Positions 22,216 through 35,105 of a DNA stretch of 64,000 nucleotides are shown in pieces. Where the stretch lies: the NCBI GenBank assembly GCA_977018835.1, contig OZ361260.1, positions 1,550,001 to 1,614,000 of the forward strand. Reading direction: 5' to 3'. The position numbers and the translations under genes are program-made. The notes beneath the pieces are model-generated. The model was given only the letters and a program-made list of their open reading frames with translations. It was not told the origin of the DNA and did no database searches. How positions within the stretch are numbered: position 1 is the first letter of the stretch; the number at the start of each line of letters is the position of its first letter. The stretch is from Minutocellus sp. GHC0000111. Lineage: Eukaryota.

Positions 22216-25200
22216 TTAACTCCACCTACGAGGCACAGCAATATCGAACTCTTCACAGGCCTCCTTGAAGATGTTGTTAAGACCACTCCAGATGTTGACC
22301 GCATAGTGATAGTAATCGGTGCCCTCGCCATTGAATACGCAGCAATTTCGGAAAACCTTGATCAGATCTTCCTGAAGCTCGTGCATGTCCTGGTAGGCCG
22401 GTAATCTCTCCTCCTCGATCGTTCGAAAGTCCATCGGCTCTGATACTACGCTCAGATACGAGTCGGCAACCTCCGGAAAGGCTTCCACAACTGGAGCAGT
22501 GAATAGACCCTCAGTGTCGGCCTCAGCACAAACCTCAAGAATTTTCTTGGATACCTTGGTAATGTCCCTGAGGTCAACGATCGGGGGCCACTTTGAGAGA
22601 TCGGGATAGTAGAGATCTCCACCCGTCTTCTTTTTTGCGCCTGCTTTCGACTTCTTTTGAGCGCTCCCACTAGCCGCAGCGGAGCGCTTCCGGCGCTTTG
22701 TAGAGGCTCTTGCACTGGCAACATATTCGTCGCTACCTTCGCTAGAAGCACTGTGGTCGCCATCGCTGTGCTCGTGATCACTTTCTTCCTCCTCGCTTTC
22801 TGATTCTCCCTCACTCGGGCCACTGATGGAAGATTCCGACTCCTCGTCGCTGGTCTCCTGGCGCCGGGCAGCAACACGTCTACGAGGTGATGACCTTCGG
22901 CCCTGTGCCGCTGCAGTGGCTGCTGAGCGTTTTGTTCCTCGTCTTGACGGTCGAGTCTCTTCAGGCTCATCATCTTCTTCTTCATTGTCATTGTCGTCTG
23001 ATTGATATATTTCATCGTCAGAGTTGACCTCAGTATACCTAACAGCACTTCTCTTGCGAGCTCTTGGCGACGATCTGGTATTTTGCGATGACTCTGGTGT
23101 ACTCGCAGTACGCCTAGATGGTTGTCGGCGAGACGATCTTGCAGGTTGTTTCACCTCTTCCTCCTCCGATTCATTTTCATCGTCGCTTTCTTCGTGGTGG
23201 TCTGCATCCGAATCGACTTCCTCGTACGAAACATTCTGCCCTCTTCTTCCTCGACGAGGAGATGAACGGGTTGGGCGTGTTTGGCTTGAAGATCTTGCCG
23301 ACGAAGCAGCGACAGTCGTTCGTCTTGGCGATCGTCTTCTTCCCCTTGCTGAAGCTGCAGCTTCTTGATCGTCGCCTGAGGAGTCTTCTGGCGGTGTGTG
23401 ATATCCAGTCTCCTCGCCGGCGTCATCTCCTGGGTCAGCATTAGACCTACTCGTACGGGTAGATCGACGAGACCGACTACTGCCACCCCCAGGAGCAGTC
23501 GCAGCGGACAAGTTGATCCGCAGGCTCCTCCTTCCCGAACGAGTGCGAGTGTCAGCCTCGCCATCATCTTCTTCGTCTTCCTGCGCCGGTGGCGGTAAAG
23601 CCTCAAGGGATGAACGCAAAGATCGACGGGAAGACCGGTTAGTCGAATGGGACTGAGCTCCTTCCTGGAAAAAATGTGAAGATGTGCCAGCTTGCGCCGA
23701 GGACGCCGCAGCAGCTGCTGCACTCCGTCTGCTGGCACGTGCGGATCTACCGGAAGTAGCAGGTGTCTCATCTTCCTCTTCCTCCTGGTGGAGCTGAGAT
23801 AACGAATCTACTCGTCGTCTATAGCTTGGTGCAGGAACCTTGGCTGCAGCCTTTTCTCTGAGATCACTGCACATCTCAACGACGTTGTCGTACAAATCGT
23901 ATGCTGCCTGCGTAATATCAGCATTGCGTTCGTTGTATTTGTTGCAATTTTCGCGAATCAGCTTAACATCGGCCTCGAAGCTCAGCACATTAGTGTAGTA
24001 GTCGTTCTCAAGCCTTGTCCTTATGATCGAAAGGTCCATCGGTACTTCCACCAATCGAAGGTAGTCAATGAACAAGGAAGTATCCACCGGGTGAGAGAAC
24101 CATTGCTCTACGAGAGGATCCTCTTCAATCTTGTCGAGAATACCAACCAATTCCGACTTTTCGTCATCATCAAGACAAGGTGGGAGAGGAACGTCTCGAA
24201 TCTTTTCTGTCAACAATCCTTCCCAAGCCGATACTTGCGCGTGATCGCCGTTTTCCCATACAATCGCAATGGCATTGTAACCGCTATTCTTGAAGTGCAT
24301 TTCTCGTTCACGGCGAGAAAACACCATGTCCGAGATTTCACTTCCCCAGGGGATGTACTCGGCATCCTCGACATCACCGCCCTCATCTTCTACCGATGGT
24401 TGGAAGTAGCAGGTATACTGCAGACCATGGGCGTTACGTCGGGAGCTAATGGCCTCTTGGAGTGACTCGATCTTCCACGTGTAGAGGTGTTCGGGCACGA
24501 TGAAATCAACTTGACCATTCTCAAACACGCTGACCTCAAAGGTGATACTGCTCGAACGAGTCTGCCTCGAAATAAACTCAGGCTCTGGCCAAGGGAAAGT
24601 CCCATCTGATGAAAGCTGAGGAATGCCTGTAACTTCTAATTTGAGAATCGCCACAATACTTGTGAGTGGCTCACTGCCGCGGCGAGCCAAGAAATACTGT
24701 TCATACGGAAATCTGTACCGAATGTCTTTTACGGTACAACGAACGACGGGCCACGCGCTGCTCTGTGGCCACGATTTCCATGGCACAGATGCGCTATTTC
24801 CGGTGGGATACTCCTTGAGAGTATCGTAATGAGCCTTGGGAATGTAAATGACAGAATCTCCAACCTGCGGCGCATACTTTTTCCGTCCACAAAGACCTAA
24901 ATGAGACTCCATCCGACTGACCCACGCTCTTCGGACAGGAGGGACACGTGCACCCTCAGGAAGTCGGAAGACATGTCCTAAAACATTGTAATCCTCAACA
25001 TATTCTCCAGAGGGGTTGGTAGCGGTGCTCAACATTTCGGCAAACTCGTCCTCGCTGTCACTGTCGTCTTCGTACACACGTCTTTCTCGGCCTTGTTGCC
25101 TTGCCGATGATCGAGAAGGCTGACTCGGCGAGGATTGAGATCGTGCATTGTTGCGACGATTACGACGACGGCGCGATCGCGACGATTGAGACCGGGATTG

Positions 25201-28200
25201 ACTCTGCCGCCTTCTGCTGGATCTGCGTCGACCACCAGCGTCATCGTCAGAGCCGATACTAATCACATCATCGTCGTCATCGTCGCTGCTACCACTGTCG
25301 CTATCTTCTTCATCCTCGCCATTCAATCGTCTGCCTCTGTTCCGACGCCTTGGAGCATCATCGTAATCGTCATCGTCCTCATCTTCGTCACTTAGAGGCC
25401 GTTCATTGATAAGATCATCATAGTCTCCCCACTCGAAATTGCTGGAAAGGGCTCTTCCAGAGGAGGAGGATCTATTTGTTCTCCCGCCGCCTCCGCTGCT
25501 GCGGTTTTGCCTCTGCGGTGAGCCAGAAGCCCTTGCGGCCGCAGCGGCAGTACCGAAGTCATCTTCATCGCCACCATCACCCTCATCTCCAATTCCTCCG
25601 ATGGATGCGCCCATTCTCCGAAGTACCGACGCCATATGTGACTTGACACCATAACGTTCAGCTTCGACGCTGTGGACATTGATAAACGTGCACTTTCCCT
25701 GAACATTCTGCCAGAGAAGTCCTCCATTTTTCCGCACTTCAAGAGCTCTTTCTCGGACTGAGTACCTTTCGAATCGAACATCTGCCTCGGATATGGGAAG
25801 CGGACCGGCCATTTGGCTAAACGCCTCGGTAACTTCTTCCGGGTGGGGAGTACCAGTATGTGTACACCTTGCAGCCTTCGGAGCTAAATGCGGTGGCTGG
25901 CCGGAACCTGTTTCTATGCAGTATCCATGGACGTCGTAGATCATTTCGTAGTAGTCGTTTGCACAGTACTGTTCCTTCATCCAGAATGGTGTCGCTCGAT
26001 CGTCGCAATCTTCATCGATGACGATGGTATCGTTGGAAGATGATCCTGACGCCTTCATCTTCTGCACAGAAACAGTCGAGCACAACGTATCGAGCACAGT
26101 GATCCTGCCATTGTCATCTGTCAGCACCAACGACAAGCCATCAGGGCTGAACTGACCATCAAGGTAGGCACAATTTTTTCCTCGACTGCTTGGTGGTTCC
26201 ATCGGCCCATGATTGAGTGTGTTGGTGTGTGTAATGAATGTCTTTCCGGTATCCAGATCCCACATATTGATGAGGCCGTCGCCGCCTGCCGAGACCAGTA
26301 TCGACGCGTCCAGCGGATGCGAAATGAGGACAGACGCGCCAAGGGTATGAGCCGATGGCATCCCTAAGAGACACTGGCCTGTACGGCTGTCCCAAACGTA
26401 TAGATGCTGAGAATTCGGAACAATAGCCGCCTCTCCTTCTTGAACAGGGCAGGCCTGCGAGGTTACGATCTTGGAATCATCCGACGTCCACTTGGCACTA
26501 TCGCAAAATACACCAACACCATTCGATTGGTCCGACGACGATCCGCCTCTGCGACGTGACGGACCAGAAGGTGCACCGGTGCCAGTAGATCCACCTCTAC
26601 CACCAGCACGTGGATTGGTTAAGCGAATATGAATCTGCTTGATGCCGTCGAACTTTACCCTTCCAGTCTGGCCGTCGGCATTAATGGCTGGGGCGGTCTC
26701 ATTACCCCAAGACCATATCCTGACGACGCCATCCTTTTGACTTGCGGTGAGGATGCGATCACCAGCGTTGGAGTAGTCAATATCGGTGATGGAGTTGAGA
26801 TGACCCATGAGTGTTGCGAGCAAATTCGCCTTTGATGGCCCCGCAGCTCCACTTCCGGTACCGCTACGAAGTGTCCTCAGACGACCTGACGTACGAGTCC
26901 CTTGACGTCGGCTTTGTCTAGACGAGTTGGCAACTCTGTGGTGGAGGGGATCTTTAGCCCAGACATCTATCTCTTCAACACGTTCATCGTCTTCGTCGGC
27001 CCAGATCCTACCTAAACCATCATCCGATCCCGTGGCGAAGTGACCTCCGATCGGACAACGAGCGATGCACACTACCTGCAAGGCCTTGCGCTGAGACCGG
27101 GTGCCCATTTGGCTATCTGGCATTACTTCTCCATGTTGGAACTTGGAGAGCAAGCGGACGCCCTCGTCGATCTCATTGCCAGCAACAAATGCACCAGGAT
27201 TGATGGCTCCATTTGCACCGTTACCAGCATTGCCGTTTGCATTCCCATTCCCAATATTTCCAGCTCCAATTAGCCCTCCAGCACCAGGAGGCAAAGGAGG
27301 CACAAAGACTTCATCATCGCCGTCAGCATTAACGACCCCTTGTTCAGCATTGCCACCACTTTCATTTGGTTCTGCATAATTTACTACCTCTTCTCGTTGG
27401 GGAATCGGGGGTAAGAAGTCTTGAGATTCCTCACCGGCATCGTTCTCATCCTCACTATCGCCCTCATCATCGGAAGAATCGTACTCGTATACTTTGGGCA
27501 ACGTATAGTCAGCTCTCTTGCCAATGACGCCTCCATACCGCTTAAGGGCGGCCTCGCGAATATCCCACATTCTCGCCAGACCATCATCACCAGTCGTAAC
27601 AATGCGGAATGGAGTTAGCTTGGACCAGGAGACCATGTTGGCACCTCCAGTATGCCCTCTCAGGATAGCAACTGGGCAGCCGTCCTTTAGGCACGTCACC
27701 GTCTTGTGATGCTGTGGCAAGCATGGAATTATCACAACTAACATCAAGATCGGTCACAACGCCCGCGTGGCCACGTAAAGTACACACCAATACCACACCA
27801 CGATTGTTGGCGCCGTAAGCAAACTTCCTCAGTCCTTCCTCACCTCGTCCAGTCGCCGAAAGGCCAACCCCAAGATGAAAGAGCTTCACCAGATGGTCGT
27901 CTGCTCCAGTAATGAAGTATTTGCCCGTCTTATCGAATTTGAGACTGAAGATGGGATAGAACAGATGACAATTGATTGTGACAGCATGCGAAAGGCGGTG
28001 CTGCAGGATTGACTTGCGACCTCCCCGGAGCGTAAGCTGGCTGGGGAGGCGTCCCGGCTGTCGATGCAAAGCTCCTCCCGACAACGAACCACCTGCGTAA
28101 TGCTGCCTTCCCAGGACAGACGCAAGCAGTGATCCACTCAACCTACCCTGACTATGACGAGACCAAGATGCAGATGACAATTGTTCAAAGGGATCTTGGA

Positions 28201-29657
28201 ACTTTTGGCTCACGTTTTGGAACTTGCCCCAGCTATCCTCCGCTTTGCCGGTGGCTCCGTCGTATTCCTTCTTCGTTTTGGACCGAGCTAGCTGCAATTC
28301 CTCCAGCTTCCGTCCCAGCTGAGCCATGACACGCTCAGCATCCTGAATCTTTCCATCGATTATGCGCAAATCCAGCTCTTCGCCCTGAGACAGAATATGC
28401 GACGCCTCCGCTCTGGCAGATGCACTGCCATCGACCAAGGCAATGGCCACCTCTCGCTGACGCGTCATGGTATCCTTGATGCTCTGGTGGTGAGCAATGG
28501 TCCGTTGGAGGGTGCCAATCTCATGGTCGACGGATTGCATCTGGGCGCGAAGATTCAGCAGAATGCGTGAGGCTGCGGCTGCTTCGGCGCCAATCCTACC
28601 CCGATCAGATCCAATGGCGGCCGTGAATAGACGTTGGTTCGTCGCAGCACCGGTGCTTCCCACAATGGATGCCTCGTCACGTTCCTGGTCGAGGGCTTGG
28701 CCCAACATGGTGGATAATTCTGGTGCAAGAGTAGAAACGGACCTTGACGACAATGCAGTGGTAGTAGAAGTAGGAGGTTGCAACGTCGTCAAGAGGGTGG
28801 GTGGATGCAGGATGGATGCTGATCGGATGGCACCATCACTGCTACCAAGAGCAGTATTGCCATCACTACTATCTCCACTATCCTGCTCTCCAACACGACG
28901 CCCCGTCGATCCTGTACTCGCCCCAGCAATGGCGTTGCCATCATCCACAATGGAGGTGGGACGAGCCCGATCCAAGGCCAGCTGATTGGCAACATCCGTC
29001 GCCGCGACGCTGGACTGAACGACCGCCTCAAGATGGTTCGGGGCCAGCTGCGGATACCGACGGGCCATATCAGTGTAGGTTGCATTCCTTATGGATGGCT
29101 GAGATGTCGCCAGGGGACCCTGTTTTGTGTGTCGATATCAATTATTCATGCAATATTTGGCGAGGTCAAGACGAGTAAGAGTTGAGTTGAGTATCAATCG
29201 ACGTCCCAAACGAGCACCTAACGTGAAACAAACAGCACAACCCAAGCACTTACGGTAGTGGCCGAACCAAAGATACCCAGCGTAGTAAATGCCGAGGCGA
29301 TGTCCCCGGCAGCTCGCTGAAGGCGTCGAATGGCCTCCTCCCTCTCCTCGGCAGTGGCACCGGTGGAGGAGACATCGGCTGATGATACTGGAGGCGCGGG
29401 AGCGCCACCAAGCAATCGAGAGCTACCAGCTACTGGAGGCGCCGAGTCACCAGCCGAAGAAGAAGCGGCAAAGTTGGCCAACCAATGCGTGACCAAGAAG
29501 GCTCCTGATTCATGACGATGGAGTGGTTGTCGGTGGTGGAGGAGGATGCGGCAGCTGCTGCAGTTGCGGCCGTGCTGTTGCTGGAGGACGGTCCATTTGA
29601 ATCGTCCGTCTCTTCACTGGGCCGTCGGGGCTCGTCATCGCTGCTGCTCCCGCTCAT
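22216..29657 (-). pseudogene. WD40 + bromodomain protein (BRWD/PHIP family); intron 29120-29253; frameshifting deletions at about 29500 and about 27691
   Basis: N-terminal E..FLVTHWL and RNATYTDMARRYP; WD repeats (TLRGHAGVVTDL, ILRGHTGGAN, LMGHLNSITD); YAPQVGDSVIY; two bromodomains (FSHPVD...PMDL, FTAPVV...PMDF). The reading frame breaks twice. Confidence 0.88.
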
Positions 29658-30115
29658 GGCAGAAGGATATGATGCAGCACTGCAAGCCCGCGCAAGAGTG
29701 GGACAAATCAAAGTCCCATGCGTGTCCTAGCTAGGTATGTAGGAGAAACGACGAGGGATTGCGTGTAGAGGTGGCTGCTTTCGTGCCTCAGCCTCAGGTT
29801 GGAGGTTGGTTCAAATCAGCAAATTGCAAAATGAGCTGATTTTGCGGCTGGATTTTGGCGCGCCGGCCACGCTTCATTTTTCTGGCGTGGCAGGCTTGCG
29901 GCAAGATCCGACCGACCGACGATCATCGATGATGAAAGATCAGATCCTCCAACAATGAAGACACACAGTGCATGAAAATGTATGTACCGGTAATAACGAG
30001 AATTTATTTCGTTTCGTTGTTTGCAGTTCCTTTTCTATGTACATCTTGCCTTCGCCGAATCGATGATAGATTCCTATTACATGTACATGTAGATCTAGAA
30101 TCTAGAGTCTCTAGA

Positions 30116-30413
30116 GAGCGTTTCCACGAGAGAGCCAGCCGACACCCCCTCCGCGATGTTTCGTAAATGTTGTAACAACTCGATTTTATTACACCATATG
30201 TCTTAAAAGGGTGTTGTAGAGCATAATCAACAATAAAATCGAGTTGTTACAATGATCTTGGGGTACTTTACTAACAAGTCGCTGGGTTTGGGTCCGAGAT
30301 TTTGAGCTCGATCTAGTGGCTTCATTTTTATTGACATGAAAATTTTCTCACAAAAATATTTTCTAGTGGCTACTATTTTCAGTGATTTTGTCGGCGGTCT
30401 CGTGGAAATGCTC
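30116..30413. mobile_element. Putative MITE (~300 bp) with imperfect terminal inverted repeats and an internal perfect 21-bp inverted repeat
   Basis: Left end GAGCGTTTCCACGAGAGAGCCAGCCGACA versus right-end reverse complement GAGCATTTCCACGAGACCGCCGACA. Internal TTGTAACAACTCGATTTTATT (30170-30190) pairs with 30232-30252. Non-coding and AT-rich. Confidence 0.7.
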
Positions 30414-30705
30414 TAGACTCTAGATCTATAGATCTACATGTGTCTACCGGTAGATCTAGACACGTCTACATGTAGATCTATACACATGTACATGTAGAAT
30501 CAAGCGGCGCAGCGAAGGAAACACGACGGTGGTGGAAGAGAGAGAGAAATTGATTTTTTCTGTGTCTGGTGGTTGGCACCACCACCGGTACATATGTATA
30601 ACAATTTTCTACATAGTCGTTTTATCATGTTGGCATACTCAGGCGTTGGAAAGTGGAGAAACCGGTACATGTACATATACCGGTACACGTGTACCGTAGT
30701 CAAAC

Positions 30706-31938
30706 TCAACACTGGATGTAGCTTAAATACTCCTTGCTATTCTCGACCGTGCCCTCGTCGTTCTCTGTACTGGTGGCGATGGGTGCATCTTCACTGTGGC
30801 CTCCATGATGATTGCTCATGTGCTTTTCAAATAAGGATTCGACTCTCTGCTCGACCCAATCATACAAGCTCTCGCGCTTGGCCGCGATGGCCTCTGCATG
30901 TTTCGGTCTTCTCCCAGCCTTGACATCCTCTGCCACTGTAAGAAACTTTTCCCACATTCGTCCAATGACGGTCCGTACCACGAAATTTATCAATCCTTGT
31001 GGCAGAAAATTGATCTTCGAGTCGACATACATCAGGAAGCTCACAAGGAGCATGTGATCATCATTGTTGTCCACTGAATTTCCGCTGTTATGAAGGGCCT
31101 TTGTTGAGAGTGCAGGGTGATCTACGGGACATTTGCGAAATAGAAAGCCTCCGTCAAAGTCAACCCTAACTGCTCCACCTTCCGGTGGGGGCATATCGAC
31201 ATCGGTTTCAGATGAGCCGGTATGCAGCCCCTTGAGCCGGACGCCAATATCTCCCTTTTCGTCGATGTCATCAAAAGCGACGGCGCCAATAATCACCTCC
31301 CGTGTCGCCAAGGGCCATGGCGAATCCATGGCAACCGCCAGCACCTGGCTCACCCGACCAGTTTGCCCTAACTTTTCTGATTTTGTTACACCAAGACGTG
31401 GCTTGTCAAACGACGGGAGCCATTCCCTGTACAATTCGCATTCGTTGAGCACTGATAACAATGGAACCAGCAATGAGGAGGGGATGGGAGTTTCCACCCT
31501 CGCCGTTAGGCAATTGCCCTGCTCGCCTCCCATTTTGTAGTATATGACCGAGTCATGCCTCCCATGGCTCTCGCCCTGTTTTTTTCATTCACTTGGCGCA
31601 TCGTCATTGCCGTCTCCGTGATCGACCGAGGATGTGATGGAATGAACGAATGCCTCGCAGTCATTGGCCGTGCGGAGCATCTTATGATGCACATCCTTTA
31701 GGAGAGATTCGTCCTCAACTTGACGCAGCAGCCGAGCAGCGGCGAGCAAACGATCTTCTTGGTATTCGTGTTCTGCATGAGCAATCAGGCGTTGACCAGC
31801 TGAGTTTGCTGATGTCGCTGACACGTCTTGCGCTGTGGTCGGCGCCAACCCCTTGTCTTTGTCGAAATCTGCCGCTGGGGCCTTAACATCGGCGATAACA
31901 TCACTGACAGCGGGAGGTTGAGTATTGTTGGGCGGCAT
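30706..31938 (-). pseudogene. START/SRPBCC-domain lipid-binding protein interrupted by an in-frame TGA at 31585-31587
   Basis: ORFs 31585-31938 and 30706-31533 share a frame: APSE*KKQGESHGRHDSVIYYK...LLSVLNECELYREWLP...DSPWPLATRE...MYVDSKINFLPQGLINFV. Confidence 0.75.
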
Positions 31939-32119
31939 TGTTGTTCATCATGTGTCGACGAGACTGTGATACCGGTATTGTTCCAGCCGGGCGGGGGGGG
32001 CGCGGGGGCGGGACACGCGATGGGACGGTTTCCGTCCGAAGAAGAGGGGTCGAAGCAGCACAAGGAGCAACACGCATGTTCTTCACGATCATTTTTTTCT
32101 CATTCTTCTGTTGTTGACA

Positions 32120-33860
32120 ATGAAGTTCTCTCCTCTTGCGCTGGTCGCTGCTTCTGCAGCAGCTACGATCTCAATCTCTTCTACTGCGTCGGCATTTGTC
32201 GTCCCATCTATTCGACGCGAGAAATATATTCTCACAACGTCCACGAAGCTCTTCGAATCGCAGGAGTTGTGGCGTGTCGAGCGTGTAGATCAAATCAGCG
32301 ACTGGCTGACGAACGGATCGACTCCCAAGTCCTATGCCAATCCTCTATCCCTAAAAGAAAACGTGCCAAATTCTTGGTTTGTTGAACAGAATGCTGCCGT
32401 GGCGGCCAAGGTCGACGTAGATCTCCAGGAGACGATCGATGACTCCTGTTCGCTGGATGATTACGACGAGGAGGCCCAAGAGCCTATGGTGGAATGCGGC
32501 GATCGAGGTCTCAACTCGGAGGCATTTATTTTGGCTGGCCCTCGAAAGGAGATTGCCATTGATCCCAAGGAGTGCAAGGCGGCGATTGTCACGTGTGGCG
32601 GACTGTGTCCAGGTCTCAACACCGTCGTTCGCGAGGTGGTGATGTGCCTTCGACGTCAGTACGGAGTGACCGAAACACTTGGTGTTCCTGCAGGATACCG
32701 TGGGTTCAAAGATCCCTCCACCTGGCGAGACCTCGACGAGAAGGCTGTCGCCAATCTACACAACATCGGCGGGTCTACGCTGGGTTCCAGTCGAGGTGGC
32801 CACAGCACCGAAGCCATTGTAGACTCGCTTGTTGAGCAGGGCGTCAACCTCCTTTTTGTAGTGGGTGGTGACGGCACCGTCCGAGGGGCGGCAAAGGTGG
32901 CGGAGGAGGTGAAAAAGCGTGGCCTAGCCATTGCTGTTGCAGTTGTCCCAAAGACGATTGACAATGATGTTCCTCTTCTCGGTAAGTGTTTGTGCGCATT
33001 TTCATTTTTCTACTGTGAAACTTTTCGCCGTATCTTCTCTAATGCTTGGGTTCGTTCCCATCTTTCATTCATCAGACCGCACATTTGGATTCGAAACTGC
33101 TGTTGAGGCGGCTAGAAAAGCAATCAACGTCGCGGAGACTGGGGCCGAGGGATTTCCGTTTGGATTGGGCGTAGTCAAGGTAATGGGACGGAACAGCGGA
33201 TTCATCGCCATGCACTCGGCACTTGGCAGTGGTTTCGCAGATCTTTGTCTTGTGCCAGAGGTCGAATTTGAGCTCGACCCGATAGTAGATCATTTATATG
33301 AAAGGCTTATCGAAAACAACAAGGCGGTTGTGGTTGTTGCCGAGGGCGCGGGTCAGAAATTGATGGCAGAAATGGGAGCCAACGGAGAGAAGGTTACCGA
33401 CGCCTCGGGCAATGTTCTTTTGGACGATATTGGACCATGGCTCTGCCAACAGCTGAAGAAGCGCATCGATGCCAAGCTGGAAGTTGCAGATCACGATGAT
33501 AACCCTCACCAGGACAAGGTTACACTAAAGTATGTGGATCCATCGTATATGGTCCGAGGTGTCCCCCCAAATACTGCTGATAATTTGTATTGCACGCAAT
33601 TAGCGCACAATGCCGTCCATGGGGCCATGTCTGGCTTCAGCTCCTTCCTCGTAGGAAGCGTGAATACGCGTGAGTGCTACATTCCTATCAACTTGGTGGC
33701 TAACATGAGGAATGTAATCGATGTGAGGCATCAGGGAATGTGGGAGTACGTGGTGTTTGCTACAGGTCAGCCAAGTTTCCAGACGGAGGAGGATCCCCGA
33801 GACGACAAAGACGTTATCACCACAGCGTCTGGAGGTATTGTTCTCTCCACAACTGAATAA
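32120..33860 (+). CDS. PFK: 6-phosphofructokinase (plant/protist ATP-PFK type), plastid-targeted; intron 32982-33075
   Basis: AAIVTCGGLCPGLNTVVRE, GGSTLGSSRGG, GGDGT, PKTIDND, KVMGRNSGFIA and KYVDPSYMVR; signal peptide followed by ASAF. Confidence 0.95.
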
Positions 33861-33903
33861 GGACATGGCTTACATAGTTGCTACGTAGCTAGATATATAG
33901 ATA

Positions 33904-34764
33904 TTAATTTAATATCAATTGCTTTCCCTGTTCTTCTACAACCTGTTGTAGCATATTCAGGCCCGTCTCATCGCCAACAAAGTATTTGCTAATTCCCATC
34001 GTAAGACATTCTTCTACCTGATCATCATCCATTGCCGACACGATGAGGCGGCTCTTAATGGTCGGTCCTTCCACATCAAGGTAGGATAGCTCCTCACAGA
34101 GTTGGACCATGGCATCCCCACAACTTTCATCCATTTCTGTCATCCTCGGCAACAGTACTATAAAATCTCCATCACCCGTAGCATCCATGAGACTGGCTGT
34201 CATCGAGGCAGTTAGGACTGGATCGACCTCGCCAGTGAAATATTTTGGTGCAAAGAGTCCAATCGAAGTTTGCGCTGCTGAAGACATATTCTTCTCAAAG
34301 GCAGCTTTGTCGTCGGTATTCTCATAGGCATCCAGATCAAAGCATAAATTGATATTGCTGGCATCGTCGGCTCTTTCCTCTTCTTCAAAGAGTTGAGACG
34401 ATAAAAATACGGTACCAATGAACGAGCGAACTTTGGACACATCCTCGACATTGCTGTTCAGAATCAAAGCGTTCGCCAAACCCAACGTTTTGACATCGTC
34501 AAGTATCGTCGTTGGAGTTTTAGCAGAATAATAATAGGCTGCAATCTTGGACTCGTCATGTATCGGCACGTGCCGTCCGGACTGGGAATCATAGTAGTGG
34601 CTCGGCGTGTCGGTGTGGTGTGGACCGAACATTGACGCCTTCGGCATCGGGTTGACGATGACACATGCATCGAAGGCCACCGCTTTCTTATAGCTGATGA
34701 CGCGGCACGCAAGGGACTTTGAGAGATCATGGTGGGTCCTGGACGAACTACCTATCAAGTACAT
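33904..34764 (-). CDS. Hypothetical protein (start may originally be ATG 34798)
   Basis: 286-aa ORF with globular composition (MVQLCEELSYLDVEGPTIKSRLIV); no family recognised. Confidence 0.6.
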   Translation of the reverse strand: MYLIGSSSRTHHDLSKSLACRVISYKKAVAFDACVIVNPMPKASMFGPHHTDTPSHYYDSQSGRHVPIHDESKIAAYYYSAKTPTTILDDVKTLGLANALILNSNVEDVSKVRSFIGTVFLSSQLFEEEERADDASNINLCFDLDAYENTDDKAAFEKNMSSAAQTSIGLFAPKYFTGEVDPVLTASMTASLMDATGDGDFIVLLPRMTEMDESCGDAMVQLCEELSYLDVEGPTIKSRLIVSAMDDDQVEECLTMGISKYFVGDETGLNMLQQVVEEQGKQLILN

Positions 34765-35105
34765 GTAGCTCGAATAGCTACGGTTCTTTGCAGAGCATGA
34801 CTTCTCTCACTCATTCTCGGCTCATGCTCATCAACGCTCAACACCTCTCGACGGCGTCTTTATGTACGACACGTACGTTCCCTGTTTCCAGGTTACGGGT
34901 CATCCCTTTTATTTTGAGACTCACTCGACTTTGAGACTGACGCACTCAGCCTTCTGCCCGCGTGCCCCTGGTCGCACTCTGACAAGTTGCACGAAGTTCA
35001 ACTTGCTGCCGGCTGCTGCGTGTTTTTCCTCCAGCAGCCAGCTGGCCTCCCGGTATCATTTCGTCGTATCCTTTGTTGCCTTGCAAAGGGACCGACACCA
35101 AAACC

